A DNA stretch of 64,000 nt from Macrostomum lignano (taxonomy: Eukaryota), in NCBI GenBank assembly GCA_002269645.1, contig NIVC01000475.1, positions 310,001-374,000 of the forward strand. Reading direction: 5' to 3'. The notes beneath the pieces are model-generated. The model saw only the letters and a list, made by a program, of their open reading frames with translations. It made no database searches and had not been told where the DNA came from. Shown one piece after another: positions 61,601-64,000 of the stretch. Each line of letters begins with the position of its first letter. Position 1 is the first letter of the stretch. Both the position numbers and the translations under genes were made by a program.

Positions 61601-64000
61601 AGCCGATGGGACACAAGGTGTCCGAGTTTCCGGAGCTCTTCGACACCCGTTGAATTGGGTGCCTTCCCTCCGCGACGTAGACGCGGCGCCGGGTAGGAGC
61701 TGGAACCGTGGCTCCAGGCCGTCCGTAAAGGTCGACGGGTAAACGGGTGCTCCAGTTTCCGGCCCGTCAGCCTTACGTCCATCTGCGTTAAACTCATGGA
61801 GCGGATGGTGCTGGACCGGCTGATGCACTGGCTCGAGACCAACGGCACTCTGCAGCCCTGCCAAGCGGGCTTTCAACGCGGCTGGAGCTGCGAGGAACAG
61901 ATTGCCCGCCTCGTGCAAGAAATCCAGGGCGGATGGGAAGGCCCCACCTCAAGACTCTGGCAGTCACGCTCGATTGCTCTAGAGCGTTCGAGAGTGGCGA
62001 GCCAAGCTCCTGGCTCGTCTCATGGATGAAGGCCTGCCCGGCCGTATTATTCGCTGGTTTGCCAGCTTTCTGGAGGGGCGTCAAATCGCCGTGCGTGTCG
62101 GCGAGGCAGTCGGCAAGTGGCGCCCCTACGCGAAGGGGTGCCCCAGAGGGCCGTCAGCTCTCCCATCCTCTTCCTCCTGTACATTAACGCCTGGCGGGAC
62201 AAACTGGTCCCCCAGGTTTGCTACGGAGGATTCGCTGATGACCTCGGCATTTGGACTACTGGTCGGAACACTAACGAGCTGGAATCTCGTATTCAGTCTG
62301 CGCTCAACCGCATCGAAGACTGGGCGGCCGACTTGAGAATCGATCTTAACCCCGCCAAATCTGAGTGCTGTCTCTATACGCGCGATCGGAGCGAGCGAAA
62401 TCGCCCTCTGAACCTGTCAATCTCTGGCATTCGTCTCCCTACCAAGCGTGGAGTCCGCTACCTCGGCGTCTGGATAGACGACGGCCTGATCTTTAAGCGC
62501 CAGACGGACGAAGTTGTTTCGAAAATGCACCGCCGTTGCAGAATCCTCCGTGCCCTGGCTCACAGAGAGTGAGGCTGGGACTGCGACACCCTCCGCACTG
62601 TCTACAAGGCGGTTGTCGAGTCCGTCGCCTGGCATGCGGCTGCGGCTTGGATGCCATGGCTGCCCAAAACCAGGTTAGAGGAGTTAGACCGGGCCCAGCG
62701 GTAGGCATTGAGACTTATTACTGGATTGCCGAAGTCAACTCCCTGCGAGGCCGTCTACAAGGAAGCAAATTGCGACCCCATTGGTGTCGAGGCCAAGCGG
62801 AGAGCCCTCATCGCCGTTGAAAAAGCTAAAAGAAGACCGACCAACGACCCTTGGCGCCAGATTTGCGAGCGCGAGGCCGACGTCCACCTCAAGGCCAACC
62901 GTGGACTCCGGGAGCAAGCGAACAGAATTTTGGCCAATCTCCTTCCGTTCAAGAGGCTTCCGAACTCATGGATTCGAGCGCCCCCCTGGGAAGCGTTTAA
63001 CGGTATGGAACGACTTCGCCTCTTTCCAGAACTCGTCAGCCCCTGCAGCAAGTCCGACGACATCCAGGTCAGGCGCGACCTTTTTCAGGAGACTCGCAGA
63101 GCGCGCCTCCCTGACACTTGCTACTAAACTGACGGATCGGCCACTAGCGGCACCCAGCTTGGCGGTGCGGCCTGGATCCTGTATTGCAGCAGTCAGGACC
63201 AGATCATCCGTTCGGGGAGTGCAGCGGCCGGCAGATGGTGCAGTTCCTTCGAAGCTGAGCTCCGTGCCCTCTCTATGGCCCTGGGTGACATCCTTACGGA
63301 GGGTCTGCCAAATGCTGCCATCCTAACCGACAGCCAGGCCGCTATTCGTGCCATCCAAGCCGACTGTCCGACTGTACCACCACCGACATCCTGCTCGAGG
63401 AGCTCAAGGGCCTCATTCGCAGTGCTACTCGGGTCACAGCTATCACCATACAGTGGATCCCGGGGCACGTGGGCGTCGACGGCAATGAGCTGGCCGATTG
63501 GGAGGCAAAACGGGCCACGGGCCTGCCACAACAGCACGTTCCGCTAGCGCTAGCCGCGTCCAAGAGTCTGCTGCGCAGGTCCGTCCGGTACCAGCCCGTC
63601 CTGGAGGGACACCTGAAAGATGTCTACTCGGGGAGCCTTACCTGCCACGACGGCCCCAGAAATCAGAAGGTCCTCGTCTCGCAAGTCCGTGCAGGCCACT
63701 GTCCGGCTTCGGCTTATTATAAGAAGCGCATCGGGACGACCGACGAGGCCGCCTGTAGGCTGTGCGGGGACGAGGTGACCCAGTTCCATATCCTGATCTG
63801 TCCTGCCCTGGACTCGACTCGCCGCATGCACGGAGTGCAAAACCTCAGCGACCTGGCCGATGGTCACGCGGTGGCGCGGCTCCTGGGTGCCCTCGATTGG
63901 GTCCCCATCTGATGGAGCCGCATTCCACACACAACAACAACAAAAACAACAACAACAACAACAACAACAACGACGACGACGACGACGACGACGACGACAA
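61601..64000 (+). mobile_element. Second, longer 5'-truncated non-LTR retrotransposon of a related family: RT, RNase H, CCHC and (AAC)n/(GAC)n tail
   Basis: FRPVSLTS, QAGF, GVPQ, FADD, YLGVW (RT); TDGS, SSFEAEL, ILTDSQ, GHVGVDGNELAD (RNase H); CRLCGDEVTQFHILIC. Several stops and frameshifts; ends CCGCATT...(AAC)n. Confidence 0.92.

Overview
Eukaryotic (metazoan) genomic DNA with GC-rich exons, short GT-AG introns and an extreme load of mini- and microsatellites. The style resembles the flatworm Macrostomum, but this is inference only. No prokaryotic features or CRISPR arrays were seen. Manual exon joining supports five host genes. (1) On +, 10.8-19.3 kb: about 7 ankyrin repeats that appear to splice in frame, through an acidic linker of small phase-2 exons, to a complete caspase domain (AHG, QACRG); a decayed Mag-type Ty3/Gypsy element sits in one of its introns (LTRs, GAAAG TSD, tRNA-Ser PBS). 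(2) On -, a phosphagen (arginine) kinase with NEGDH instead of NEEDH. (3) On -, a type I membrane protein with signal peptide, lectin/discoidin-like domain, Ig-like domains, TM helix and short tail. (4) On +, a complete MANF/ARMET gene ending in KDEL. (5) On -, an Ig-like, probably GPI-anchored gene built from a duplicated three-exon module, with an ~18 kb 11-bp satellite in one intron. The window ends in two head-to-tail RNase H-bearing non-LTR retrotransposons bracketed by (AAC)n tracts. A tRNA-derived SINE family occurs several times. The first 9.5 kb is mostly tandem arrays with unresolved exon-like spacers. All gene models are hand-built from splice signals and reading frames and need RNA evidence.
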